Shown one piece after another: positions 24,673-35,975 of a stretch of DNA of 53,247 nucleotides; within the stretch, counting starts at the first letter, position 1; each line of letters begins with the position of its first letter. The stretch is from NCBI GenBank assembly GCA_003427395.1, contig BFEA01000019.1, forward strand, positions 4,463,737-4,516,983. Reading direction: 5' to 3'. The notes beneath the pieces are model-generated. The model made no database searches, was not told the DNA's origin, and saw nothing but the letters and a program-made list of their open reading frames with translations. Made by a program: the position numbers and the translations under genes. Source of the stretch: Chara braunii. Taxonomy: Eukaryota; Plantae; Charophyceae.

Positions 24673-26844
24673 CTAGGCTGGGCCGCCGCCCGGCTGGGCA
24701 TGCCCCGGCCGGTTGGGCCCAGGGGGGTCCGCCCGGCAAAACCGGGCGATGCAAAAACGCAGCAAGGATTTTTTTATTTTTTTTTTGAAGGCGGGGTTGT
24801 GNNNNNNNNNNNNNNNNNNNNNNNNNNNNNNNNNNNNNNNNNNNNNNNNNNNNNNNNNNNNNNNNNNNNNNNNNNNNNNNNNNNNNNNNNNNNNNNNNNN
24901 NNNNNNNNNNNNNNNNNNNNNNNNNNNNNNNNNNNNNNNNNNNNNNNNNNNNNNNNNNNNNNNNNNNNNNNNNNNNNNNNNNNNNNNNNNNNNNNNNNNN
25001 NNNNNNNNNNNNNNNNNNNNNNNNNNNNNNNNNNNNNNNNNNNNNNNNNNNNNNNNNNNNNNNNNNNNNNNNNNNNNNNNNNNNNNNNNNNGAAGAAGAA
25101 GAAGAAGGGAAGGAGGGGGAGAAGAAGAAGAAGAAGGGAAGGAGGGGGAGAAGAAGAAGAAGAAGGGAAGGATGGGGAGAAGAAGAAGAAGAAGAAGTGA
25201 AGAAGAAGAAGGGAAGAAGAAGCAGCGAAGGAGGGGGAGAAGAAGAAGAAGCGAAGGAGGGGGAGGAGGAGGAGAAACGAAGGAGGGGGAGGACGAGGAG
25301 GAGGAGGAGGGGAAGAAGAAGAAGAAGAAGGAGCTGAAGAAGTTGAAGCAGCGAAGGGGGAGAAGAAGAAGAAGACGGCTGGTGGAGGACGGCGGGAAGG
25401 GGGGCTCGAAACGGGGGCAAAGAAGAAGAAGAAGAAGCGAAGTAGAAGCAAAGTAGAAGCGAAGAAGAAGAAGAAGAAGAAGAAGAAGAAGAAACGAAGG
25501 CGAAGGCGAAGGTGAAGAAGAAGAAGAAGATCTCTCTCTCTCTCTCTCTCTCCCTCCCCCAAACTAAGTCCCTTACCTTGTTGAGGCGACCGTTGGGGGG
25601 CGACGGCGGGGTCACGTGCGATGGCGGGCGTTGGCTGGTGCTGGCGGGGNGCGTCGAAGAATTGCGTTGAAGTTGCGCGTCGTGCCGGCGGACACACAGT
25701 GGTGCAAGGCAGGGAAGGGGGGACGTCGGGGCACATCTTCAGCATGGGGGAGGGAACGGGGGCCGGTAGTTCCCGCCCCCAGCAATTTGAAATGGGTGCA
25801 ATCTGGGCCGTCGATCTTCGAGATCGACGATCCAGATGGGGCCTGCTTTCAAATCGGTGAAATCGGGCCTACCGGCCCCGTTTTTCTTTTTTTCGCGGTC
25901 CACACGGTCTATGAAGGGGGGGGGGGGAGAAGAAGAAGTAGAAGGGAAGGAGGGGGAGAAGAAGAAGAAGAAGTGAAGAAGAAGAAGGGAAGAAGAAGAA
26001 GCGAAGGAGGGGGAGAAGAAGAAGCGAAGGAGGGGGAGGAGGATGAGAAGCGAAGGAGGGGGAGGAGGAGGAGGAGGAGGAGGAGGGGAAGAAGAAGAAG
26101 AAGAAGGAGCCGAAGAAGAAGTTGAAGCAGCGAAGGGGGAAAAGAAGAAGAAGACGGCTGGTGGAGGACGTCGGGAAGGGGGGCTCGAAACGGGGGCAAA
26201 GAAGAAAAGAAGAAGAAGCGAAGTAGAAGCGAAGAAGAAGAAGAAGAAGAAGAAGAAGAAGAAACGAAGGCGAAGAAGAAGAAGAAGAAGAAGATCTCTC
26301 TCTCTCTCTCTCTCTCTCCCTCCCCCAAACTAAGTCCCTCACCTTGTTGAGGCGGCCGTTGGGGGGCGACGGCGAGGTCACGTGCGATGGCGGGCGTTGG
26401 CTGGTGCTGGCGGGGTGCGTCGAAGAATTGTGTTGAAGTTGCGCGTCGTGCCGGCGGACACACAGTGGTGCAAGGCAGGGAAGGGGGGATGTCGGGGCAC
26501 ATCTTCAGCATGGGGGAGGGAACGGGGGCCGGTAGTTCCCGCCCCCACCGATTTGAAATGGGTGCAATCTGGGCCGTCGATCTTTGAGATCGACGATCCA
26601 GATGGGGCCCGCTTTCAAATCGGTGAAATCGGGCCTACCGGCCCCGTTTTTTTTTTTTTTCGCGGTCCACACGGTCTATGAAGGTGGCAAACCCGGCGCC
26701 GGAAAAAAAAAAAAAAAAAAACCTACCCTACAGTCATGCGCTGGGGGTGCCCGGTGGCCAACCAGGCGCGACAACCGGCCAGGCGGCCCGGCACCCCCCC
26801 CGAGGCGACGGCCAGGCCGCCGGGCGGCCCAGGGACCAGCCTAG
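24673..26844. mobile_element. Non-autonomous hAT-type DNA transposon (about 2.2 kb including a 290-N gap)
   Basis: Termini CTAGGCTGG...CCAGCCTAG and perfect 8-bp TSD GTTTTTTG (24665-24672, 26845-26852). GC-rich CCCGG/CCGGG subterminal motifs; interior is (GAA/GGA)n-rich with a ~770-bp tandem duplication. Confidence 0.85.
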
Positions 26845-27149
26845 GTTTTTTGTACTCTTTAGAAATAGACAGCTTGCGCAGGAATGAGAATGGCACACTG
26901 GGCACACTTTGAGAGCGGGATCTCTCAGTGCACTTTGAAAGTCTTGTTTCCTGCATGAGGTGGAGGTAGAAGTCTTATGGCTGATACCGGCAATGTTTAT
27001 TAAATGATGGTCTAGGTGCATGTCCTGTCTGTGGCCTAGCTTTGTAGAAGTGTACATCTTGAACCACCTGCCAATTTCGTTTCTCTTCTCATCTGCATGC
27101 TCCCCTTGCCTGCACGGTTACTTCCCACATGATGCTTTCCTTCTGGGAG

Positions 27150-27960
27150 ACCTTCAATACCTAATGTGCAATGAGTGTATGTGCTATTTGGCGTATTGAT
27201 CACGCATCCGTGTCTAGTTTCTGGAGACCGTCGACACCTAATGTGCAATGGACGTATGTGCAGTTTGGCATATCGATCAGGCATTTCGATTTATGCCTGT
27301 GGCAGGAAGCTTGTTCTGTAGATTTATGTTTGCTGCCATTGCATAGTCATTGCAAAATCCTGTGTTTGGCACCTAATGTGCGACCGGTCTATGTGGTATT
27401 TGGCATACTGATCTGGCAGTTGGATTCAAGACTGTGGCAAGAAGGATATTCTGTAGATGGATGTTTGCTGTCATCGTGCATGGTCGTGGCGAAATCCAGT
27501 GTTCAGGGCTGATTGCAGGCTTATGGAAAAGCATGTTCTTATGCCCTCTGGTATCAGTTTAGTGGGGGTCTTCATAACTACCTTCTTCAACCAATTACAA
27601 CGGTCGGTCATGATAGATTTATTAGGGGCAACGTTGAGTTTAATGAACGGGTGTTCTTTTTGGGTGAAGACGGTAGTAGCGTTGGAATTGATATTCTACA
27701 AGCTGCTGGAGTTTGTTCTCCTCGTCATCATGACAGAGATTGAGGGAGGCAGTTTTTTGGTGGGAGACTTTGTAACTACCTTCTTCAACCGATTGAAATG
27801 GTTGGTCGTTATAGCTGTATTTGGGGCAACTTTGAGTCTAGGTAGAGTGATAATGAACGGGCAATCTGTTTGGGTAAAGAGTGTAGCAGCATTTGAATTG
27901 ATATTCTACAAGCTGCAGGAGTTTGTTCTCCTTGTCATCATGGCAGAGATTGAGGGAGGC
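27150..27960 (+). repeat. Two adjacent degenerate direct duplications (about 140 bp and about 210 bp units)
   Basis: ACCTAATGTGC... occurs at about 27159, 27236 and 27371. TAACTACCTTCTTCAACC...TTGAATTGATATTCTACAAGCTGC...GAGATTGAGGGAGGC occurs at about 27575-27750 and 27773-27960. Confidence 0.75.
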
Positions 27961-28823
27961 GTGGCTGTTCAGTTTTCCTCTGCTTCCCAGAACTGCTCCC
28001 TGGGATGCATACAACAGGAAGTCAAGGTAGCTGGTGGATGAAGTGGTGGTGGTATGGGAAATAATTGCCACTGCATAGTGATGTTAAGCAGCCAAGGGAG
28101 TCGGGAAGGGGCTTTCAAGTCTGTCTGATTTAATGAGTTTTAATCACGAGGAGCCAAAGGTGGTGTATTCTCTGTTGTGGGGAGACACACCTAGGTCACT
28201 GGGAATTGAACATCCTGTGAGCATCTAGTGAAGTCTGGACGGAAGCAGTGGGGCGCGCTGTTGATCAGCGCAACGTAAGCCTTGGCTGCCTGCAGTCAGA
28301 GGCCTGTTGTCACTCTACTTTTTTGATGCCCTGCACTCGATGGCACACAGCAGGTCCCACTTGTCTAGCGGAATCAAAGCCAGGGCCTGCTTTAGAAACT
28401 CGTCGTTTGTTTTTTCAAGAATTACATGGACACCGATAAAGAGAAGCGTGAAGTGGGATGCAACGGAGGATAGACCCGAGTCCTGCAGGCGCAGCACATT
28501 ATGAGCTTCTGTCCCCATGTATCCTCTTCCGTCCAGTACCCTCTACTGATAATGTTTCAGTGAAATGAGTTCAAACAAGTTGTACTTTTATGTCGATTTC
28601 AAAATGGAAAACCGAATGTGGGTTACTAGTACTTATTACCAAGATGTGCGGATTTTCTGGTCAAAACGGTTGGCATGCGTTGCTTGATTTTCAGTGCAAC
28701 TGTCAAAGTTGTGCGGAATTTTTTTTTTTCTTTTTTTCTTTTCAACTCGTGTTGTCCGTTGATGTTGAGTTGGACGAGTATGTGAGTATCCAAAGACCAA
28801 CATGTCAATTTGCTTTCATGCAG

Positions 28824-29828
28824 GCAAGAGCTGTTCGGGAAAAATTGAAAAAGCAAGGCCCGGCAGTATCCCCACGTGTTTTGGAAATGGTAAGGATGCT
28901 GGTTTGCACACGGCTGGATGTCGCTGAAGCTCTCCTGCAAGATATAGATTCAGACTGTGAGCGGAGCGAAGATGAGATTGTGGCGACCACAGCACCTCTG
29001 GTGTTTGGCGACAGAGCAGATGATATCGGTGCCAGTGTGAGCGAGCTTTCGCAGGTGGCAGCAGAGCGGGCGGCAGCAGCTGCTGCAGTGTGCTGGCGTG
29101 TTGCAGATGTGGACATGTTAGTGGAAATGCTGACGGTTCCTCAGCTGAGGGTGGATGCGCAGCGCGTCTTTGAACGGGCCATTGCTCGTGGCGCGTTTGG
29201 GGAGCAGTCGGTGGTCATGGTCCTGGAAAGAAGACAGTCCCAAAGACTGATAATGGACCCAAGAGTTGGTGGAACAACTGCTGGCGGCGGCATGGGACTT
29301 GGTGTAGGAGTGAGCATTGGCTTGCCTGTTGGGGTGATGGACAACAGCGTTCCAATCGTCTCGTCTGGCAGCGAAGAAGACGACGACTTCCCCGTCGTTC
29401 TTGGCCTCGCTGAAGCTCTTGCTGCATCGCAAGATGTTAGAGTGAGAGAATTCGTCAGCACCTTATATGCTGTTATGTTCAAAGTGTATGGCGATGAGGG
29501 ATGTCGGGAGAGGATGCTCCGTGGACTGGTTGAGAGGGCAACAAGCAGTTCGAGTGGGCCGTCGGAAGTGGAATTGGGGATGGACATTCTGACCTTCCTT
29601 GTGAGGGAGGAGGAGGGGACGGCGCGGCCAGTCCTCAGCATGATGCGCGAAACAGCTGAAGTTGCTCATTCCGACCGGTCTGCTCTTTGGCAGCAGCTAC
29701 GTGCAACCGAGGAGGAACTCAATCGGATGAGGGTGGACAGGCAGGCTGATATCACACGCCTTAACCGGGAGAAAGGGGCACTTCAGTCGAAGGTTGGGGA
29801 GCTTGAAGCAGCACAAGCACGGGCAAAG
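28824..29828 (+). CDS. MATH/TRAF-like protein, internal exon
   Basis: cAG acceptor and AAG|GTAAGT donor; 335 codons. DVDMLVEMLTVP...FERAIARGAF...VVMVLERR...VLGLAEALA...RERMLRGLVERAT...RPVLSMMRE...DRSALWQQL. Confidence 0.93.
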
Positions 29829-30527
29829 GTAAGTGCTGCGTTGTACTGCATCGCTTTTCGAACATGCAATTCTCCTTTGGACTCAGGTGGTGTGCTTATG
29901 TTGTGTGATGCTATCTACATTTTCAACCTGGTTGTGCTTGGTGCTGCCCCAATTTCGTGTAATGCTATGGCCCCGACGTAGTTGTGTTTGGTGCCACACC
30001 GAGTTGGTCTACTGCTAATGCTATAGCTCTTCCCGTCTGTCTTCGTCGGTTTTGGGGGCAGTCAAGGAGCGAGGAGTTTGTGGAATGAACTTGGTTGATC
30101 TGTCCATCTACCACATTAGTCTTGCAGGGTGGCCGTTGGGAATGGGGCACCCGTCCAAAATTTCCATTCAAAGAACATTGTGAGGAGGGGGAATACCTCA
30201 AGGGAGTGACTGAACCGTTCCATTCTAGGCATCTGACGAGTCACGAGAAACGTGTAGGTTGGAAAACTACAAAAAGCAAGGCGGCACATGCTTAGCTTTA
30301 GAAACGATGAACAAGTCAACTCTCCATTGGTTCCTGCTTGGTTGCTACTGCTGTGAAAAAAAAAAATGAAGATTCTGAAGCCTCCTCCAATTCATCAGGT
30401 GTTAAAAAAGCGGAGCAGGAAAGCAAGGGTGAATGGAGGCAGGGTTCTGTGTCATGAAATCATAAATATTGTGCCTCACTATCTCCTGTGTTTGTCTCCA
30501 GCCTCCGTGTTGGTCTACCAGTTGGTC

Positions 30528-30541
30528 TGCCCCCCCCCCCC

Positions 30542-30594
<53 letters not shown>

Positions 30595-30637
30595 AGTGCG
30601 TGTGCAGTGCCCATTGGTACAGCTTGAACCCCCCCTT

Positions 30638-30674
<37 letters not shown>

Positions 30675-30904
30675 TATGCTGTCATGTTCGCTACACACAA
30701 AACAGACAGCAGAACTGTGCGAGACTGTTCCATTGCACTGTTTAAATGTGTGTGTGTGCTGTCTCTTATACACATCTAGATGTGTATAGGACACAGGGTG
30801 CAAGGCAGGGAAGGGGGGACGTCGGGGCACANNNNNNNNNNNNNNNNNNNNNNNNNNNNNNNNNNNNNNNNNNNNNNNNNNNNNNNNNNNNNNNNCCCCC
30901 CCTT

Positions 30905-30945
<41 letters not shown>

Positions 30946-31103
30946 CGAGTGCGTGTGCAGTGCCCATTGGTACAGCTTGAACCTTTAGCTGAACTTGTTG
31001 ATGAACATGTGAAGGTGCATTGACAGCGTAGTTCTGCATTAACATCTGTTTGCTTGGTTTAACATTGGTTTGCTTTTGTAAACGGCGCACTTTTCCTGTC
31101 TGC

Positions 31104-31154
<51 letters not shown>

Positions 31155-31212
31155 CGAGCGCGCGTGTAGTGCCCATTTGTACAGCTTGAACCTTTAGCTG
31201 AACTTGTTGATG
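30528..31212 (+). repeat. Repeated (GT)n-(GC)n-GTGCCCATTGGTACAGCTTGAAC unit around an N gap
   Basis: Near-identical unit ends at about 30630, 30983 and 31192; partly an assembly redundancy. Confidence 0.7.
30759..30831 (+). other. Nextera mate-pair junction adapter plus chimeric sequence (assembly artefact)
   Basis: CTGTCTCTTATACACATCT-AGATGTGTATA (Tn5 mosaic-end junction), followed by sequence matching about 25690-25735, then Ns. Confidence 0.93.
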
Positions 31213-31436
31213 CGCAGGACACGATCATCCTCTCTGAGGAGACATGGAGTATTGAGGCGATTTGCTCTCTCAGCGGCCACTGCACCATGAATGAAATGCA
31301 GTCTGAAGTCTCACAGAGGCAAATCATGTTTGAACTTCGATGTGCGTTTATTAGCGGGCACGGTCATGCGGTGAGTGAATTTGGTTGTGTGTGTGCTGTG
31401 TTTCTCATCTCTCCGTCGTTTGTTGGCTTTGTGCAG

Positions 31437-31652
31437 GGAGAGGCGCGAGCGGAGATTGAGAAGCTCACGCGTGAGAAGAAGGAACTGCAGGACAGAGTGC
31501 GTGAGATGGACAATCAACTTGAGTGGGCGAGAGCGGAGAGGGACGAGGAGGTTGGAAAGCTTGTGCAGGATAAGCGAATGCTACAGGATCGGTTACGGGA
31601 GGCTGAAAACCAGTTGAACCAGATTAAGAACCGCAAACGAGATGAGCTTAAG
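31437..31652 (+). CDS. MATH/TRAF-like protein, coiled-coil exon
   Basis: gtgcAG acceptor and AAG|GTTTGT donor; 72 codons. EKKELQDRVREMDNQLEWARAERDEE...LQDRLREAENQLNQIKNRKRDELK. Confidence 0.93.
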
Positions 31653-32088
31653 GTTTGTAGTCCCTTCCTTCCCCAACTCGTATATATAATCGTAAAGTGA
31701 CCGTAGGAAAAATAACTTGCCCGGTTCTTGCCCCATTTGCCCTCCCTACCTTTTGCACTTGGATTCTTACGTGCACAACAGTCTTGTACAGCGTCTAGCA
31801 GTCTGAGAGTTATGCCACCCTTCTTATGAAATACCGCCCGAGGGTTATGTCCCAACTTCTTTTTGTTATCAAGGGACCCCCGTACACGGTCGGGTGGTGG
31901 ACCTGCACAGTGCGCCAAGGTTTGTTGACCCGCCAACAGCGCACTTCTTTTCGTTTTTGGCTGGCGCCGCCAGCCATTGTGGTCTGGTAGCCCGGATGGA
32001 GCCTCCAAAGTTTTAAGAGTGCGCCGTTCGTTTTCTCAAGTTGCCCGGGGCCGTGGACTGGTGGTGTAAAGCGTGACAGCGTTGATAT

Positions 32089-32935
32089 CTAGGCTTCCTG
32101 AGCCGCCCGGCCGGGCCGGCATGGCCGTGCACCTGTTCAGCCTACACGGCCGGGGGGCTGCACGGGTCACCCATGCGAGGTATTTTTTTTTAATTAAAAA
32201 AATAAGAAAAGGTGGTGATCGGGGCCTGCTGCGCATGCAGAGAAGCCCCCGAATCCGCCTTTTCCACACATGGCGGGAGGGATGCAGAGGACGGGAGGAG
32301 GGAGGAAGAAGATAGCAGAAGAAAAGGACCAAAGTGGCAGTAGGGAGGCGATGGATGGCGCGCGAGACGTGGGAGATGTCGAGAGGGGAAGTGGGATGTA
32401 GCGGGAAATAGGTGGGAGACGGAAGGATGGAGGTGGTAAATGGTGGGAGAGGAAGTGGGAGGTGGCGGAAGGTAGGTGGGAGAAGGCGGGATGGAGGTTC
32501 AATATGGCGGAGGGAAGTAGGAGGAAGACGAGGAAAAAGAGGTGGAAGATGGCGGACCAGCAGGAACAAAGTGGGGTGAGGGAGGTGGAGGATGGCGGAA
32601 GAGCAGGGACGAACTGGGGAGAGAGAGGTGGAGGATGGTGGGAGCGACGAGGGAGATGGCGGGAGTGGAAGTAGGAGGTTGTGGGAGGGACGAAGGAGGT
32701 GGTGGCAGGGGAAGTAGGCAGGAGCGGGAGGGACGAAGGAGATCGTGGGAGGGCAAGAAGCAGGTAGACGACAAGGGAGGAGAAAAAGAAGAAGGCGAAG
32801 AAAAAAACTTTGCAATTGTTTTTCTTAACACCGCTGGGGCCGCACGGGGCCCGTACGGGGGACCCGCACGGGCGTGCGGCCGTGCAAGGATCCGTGTGTG
32901 CCGGGGGCACCCGTGCGCACGGAAATGAAGCCTAG
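32089..32935. mobile_element. Non-autonomous hAT-type element (847 bp)
   Basis: CTAGGCTTC...GAAGCCTAG; TSD GTTGATAT/GGTGATAT (7/8 match); GC-rich subterminal motifs and purine-rich interior. Confidence 0.82.
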
Positions 32936-33182
32936 GGTGATATATCATTGTTTCAATTTTCAAAGTTCAAACTGACCAGCCCCAGGTAAATTTACTAAAT
33001 TCATAATTTCAGAGTTGTTTTATCTGTCCGAGTCCAACGGGACTGGTAGGCTTACCGCCAGCACGACTTCCCTATCAACAGCTACGGCTGCATTCCTCCT
33101 GCGTACGGAGATGCCTTGTCATCCTGACTGTATTCACCCCTGCAGCACCTGAGCGCCATACAACTTGCTTCGCCTTCCCTTT

Positions 33183-33339
33183 GCATCCTGATCAGGAAAA
33201 CATGTCCATCCTCATCAGGAAAACATGTGCATCCTCATCAGGAAAACATGTGCATCCTCATCAGGAAAACATGTGCATCCTCATTAGGAAAACATGTGCA
33301 TCCTCATTAGGAGAACATGTGCATCCTCATTAGGAAAAC
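33183..33339. repeat. 23-bp minisatellite, about 7 units
   Basis: GCATCCTCAT(C/T)AGGAAAACATGT in tandem. Confidence 0.93.
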
Positions 33340-33566
33340 TGAGGTCTGTATTTCAAAGTTCAAACACACAGTTCATGGGCATACCAACGTGTTGCCTTGT
33401 CAAGCTGCTGGAATATGTGAGCGCAATCTGATTCGGACAGCATAGTTAACAGCATTAGGTGGCGTAACGTCTATTTTGCATGTTAAATATAAGATTGGAT
33501 AATTTGCAGAATACTACTGGTTATTATTATCCTCTGATATGTGCCGTTAGGATGTGGATGTGGATG

Positions 33567-33803
33567 TTAAACCGTCAGTACCTTTGGGCAATTTGTTTTT
33601 TTTAACTTTTTCTCCAACCGTGTAAGTGCTCTTCGCGCCAAGGGAAACCGAAGCGGCGCTGGCCTCCTTTTTCGGCTGGCACTGCCAGCCATTTTGCTCC
33701 AGTAATCCGAGGTGCTGAACTGAACGTGCGGGGGCATTCGTGGCCGAGTCACCCCCCGAGTGGGTAAAACAAAAAACAATGGACCAAGTATTGGTGGTTC
33801 GAA
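33567..33803. mobile_element. MITE-like element, TTAA-bounded TIR family
   Basis: TTAAACCGTCAGTAC...GTATTGGTGGTTCGAA; palindrome GGCTGGC-act-GCCAGCC at 33674-33690. Confidence 0.55.
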
Positions 33804-35196
33804 GTTGTTTTCGGCAACCACCTAAATGCTTGCGAAAAAGGCAATTCCCTCGCATAGATTGTCATTCTTCTCTAATATGCAGGCCTGATATACCCTTTAT
33901 GATGGTTTTTCTTGTAGGGGGGTAGGTGGTAGGTAACGTTTCGTGGAAGTGTTTGTCACTCAAAAATCTACTGAGGCGCTGAACTAGTAGAGTACTGAGT
34001 CTAGTGACTGAATTGAGCTTATTGAAGTGGATTCTCTTGCTCCTCTTTTACTTGACTTGAGATCGTAGTTGCATTCTGCGATGGCATGCTGATGAAGCAG
34101 TATTGGTCATTTATACTTTTTGGAGTGCATGTCGATTATCGTCATTTATTGGGAGAAAAAGAAGGAAAGAGGTTCGGATCGTGAGAGGAGCAGCGCATAT
34201 CTGTGTGGTGGTGGGTTAAAAGTTAAAACTTTGAAAGTTGAAACATGTTTCAGATCTTTTTGAAAAAAAACAAGAAAAAAAAATTCAACATTTTGCAAAA
34301 GGCAAAAAAAAAAAAAGGACATTGTGGATCCTTATTAGCTTTGTGTGAGAGGCTTCTAGTAAGTCTGGTTGGTGCTTCTCAGGACTCTCTTCCAGACCCA
34401 CTTTTCATTGTGAGCAACAGGTGCCCACACCCACGCCCACTTGCACCCACCCGGCTCTTGAGGCGATGGGTCAGGTGTGGGTCTGGGTGAGATAGTCTCG
34501 TTGGGGCACAACCGGGTCTACACGGTCTGGCTGCCTGAGGCTTTGGCCTGGGTGACCCGCGGAGTGTGTGATGGCGGGGTGAGGCTTTGGCTTGGGCCAT
34601 TCACCGAGTGGGCGACGGGCAAGCCAATCATTGGGGTCTGGGGTCTCAGTCGGTATCAGGTGGGTTACACCTTGGCTTACGTCGCCCGACCCACAGACCC
34701 AGGCTTGCGTCACCCGACCCCCAACCCATAATATCGTACTGTAATTTCATGGTGTGAATGCAAATTTATGACCACCGCCTGTACACCACCAGTGAATAGT
34801 CGAAGGTATTGCGACGGGTGTGTGTGGGGGGGGGGGGATAGAGCTTAAACCACCACCACTACCTTTCCCTCGTATCGCAGCGGGCGCTGTTTGGCCCGGC
34901 CCCTGAAATATGTGGTAAAGGCTAAATAGTAAATTAGTACAAAAATAAATAGTAAATTAGTAAAAATATACTAATTACCTTTTCCCAACACTGGGAAAGG
35001 TATTGGTGTCCAGGGTGCAGGCGGGTTCGGGTGGGATCACGAGTGCAAGCGGGTCTGGGGTGCGGGCGGGTTTTTTCGAGGTATCAGGCCAGGTTCAAAA
35101 AAGGTGAGAAATTCCGAAAGACGATTGGGTGGGTAAGGTGCAAGGGAGGCAAAGACAAATATGATTGGGTGATTGGGTTAGGGTGGTAGAAACGAT

Positions 35197-35297
35197 GTCC
35201 TTCGGGAGGGACATCTGTTAAAATTGGAACGATACAGAGAAGGAAGATTAGCATGGTCCCTGCGCAAGGATTAAAAAAAGAAAAAAAAAAGAAAAAC
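35197..35297 (+). pseudogene. U6: 3'-truncated, polyadenylated U6 snRNA retrocopy
   Basis: GTCC-TTCGGG..GGACATCTGTTAAAATTGGAACGATACAGAGA(AGGA)AGATTAGCATGGTCCCTGCGCAAGGAT, then an A-rich tail. ACAGAGA box at 35234-35240. The U6 3' third is absent. Confidence 0.92.
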
Positions 35298-35583
35298 CTA
35301 GGCTACAAGCCAGGCCGCCCGGGTCCCGGGTGGCCAGCCCGTGCACGGACCAGAGAAAGGTCCCAGCAAAAAAAAAAAAAAAAAAGAAACTAAAAAAAAA
35401 TCCGAACAAAAACTATGTTATGCTGAAAAATAAACTGAACAACTTTGCCTCAGGGTCATATCGAAATTATTTACCAAATTTAAAATAAAATAATAAAATA
35501 TGTATATATATTTTTTGTTTGTTTGTTTGTTTGTTTTTTTGGCCCGGCCGGGCAAGTGACCCCGGGCCACTCTGGTAGCCTAG
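35298..35583. mobile_element. Non-autonomous hAT-type element (286 bp) inserted in the U6 retrocopy tail
   Basis: CTAGGCTAC...GTAGCCTAG; TSD AGAAAAAC/AAAAAAAC (7/8 match); CCCGGG subterminal motifs. Confidence 0.8.
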
Positions 35584-35853
35584 AAAAAAACGATAAAAAA
35601 AGTCGCAGCGTAAGAAAAGTCGCAGCGGGTCATGTGTGCATGAAGGTGAAACGAAAAAATGGCAACGTCCGATTTTTTCAATAATGATTTTGACTCGTTT
35701 TGCGAAGTCGGATGTGCTATCAGGTGGGTGAATGTAAATGAAACAATGCTCACCTGTGCTTTTCAGTAATGATTTCCGCCAGTGTTTTGTGAAGTGCAAA
35801 TTTCGATCTCTGGCTGAAGTTGTTGACTCATGGCAAATCCCTGTCCAACCAGC

Positions 35854-35975
35854 TGTTGACTTTTTAGGTGTTGACTTTTTAGGTGTTGACCTTTTAGGTG
35901 TTGACTTTTTAGGTGGGGTAATGATATCAACCAGCTGTTTAGGTGGGGTAGGATATCACCGAGCTGTTTAGGTGG
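35854..35975. repeat. 15-bp minisatellite followed by 29-bp related units
   Basis: TGTTGACTTTTTAGG x4, then TTTAGGTGGG...GATATC units. Confidence 0.85.

Noticed and set aside
24607-26681. Long Lys/Glu/Arg- or Ser/Phe-rich ORFs
   Set aside because: Products of (GAA)n/(CT)n repeats and N runs inside a non-autonomous transposon.
27457-28041. 194-aa hydrophobic ORF as a membrane protein
   Set aside because: Arises from a T-rich internal duplication within an intron; no recognisable family.
30759-30788. Tn5 mosaic ends as a horizontally acquired transposon
   Set aside because: The back-to-back arrangement next to an N gap is the mate-pair library junction.
32036-32963. ORFs of 150-260 aa on the minus strand
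   Set aside because: Low-complexity pyrimidine-rich interior of the hAT element; no domain motifs.
33183-33339. Repeated CTGATGA on the minus strand as hammerhead cores
   Set aside because: No stem II followed by GAAA on that strand; it is a simple minisatellite.
35197-35271. Functional U6 gene
   Set aside because: Lacks the 3' third and T terminator, has an insertion after ACAGAGA, and carries a poly(A) tail and TSD.
35854-35915. Interstitial telomeric repeat
   Set aside because: TTTTAGG occurs only within a 15-bp unit, not as tandem TTTAGGG.
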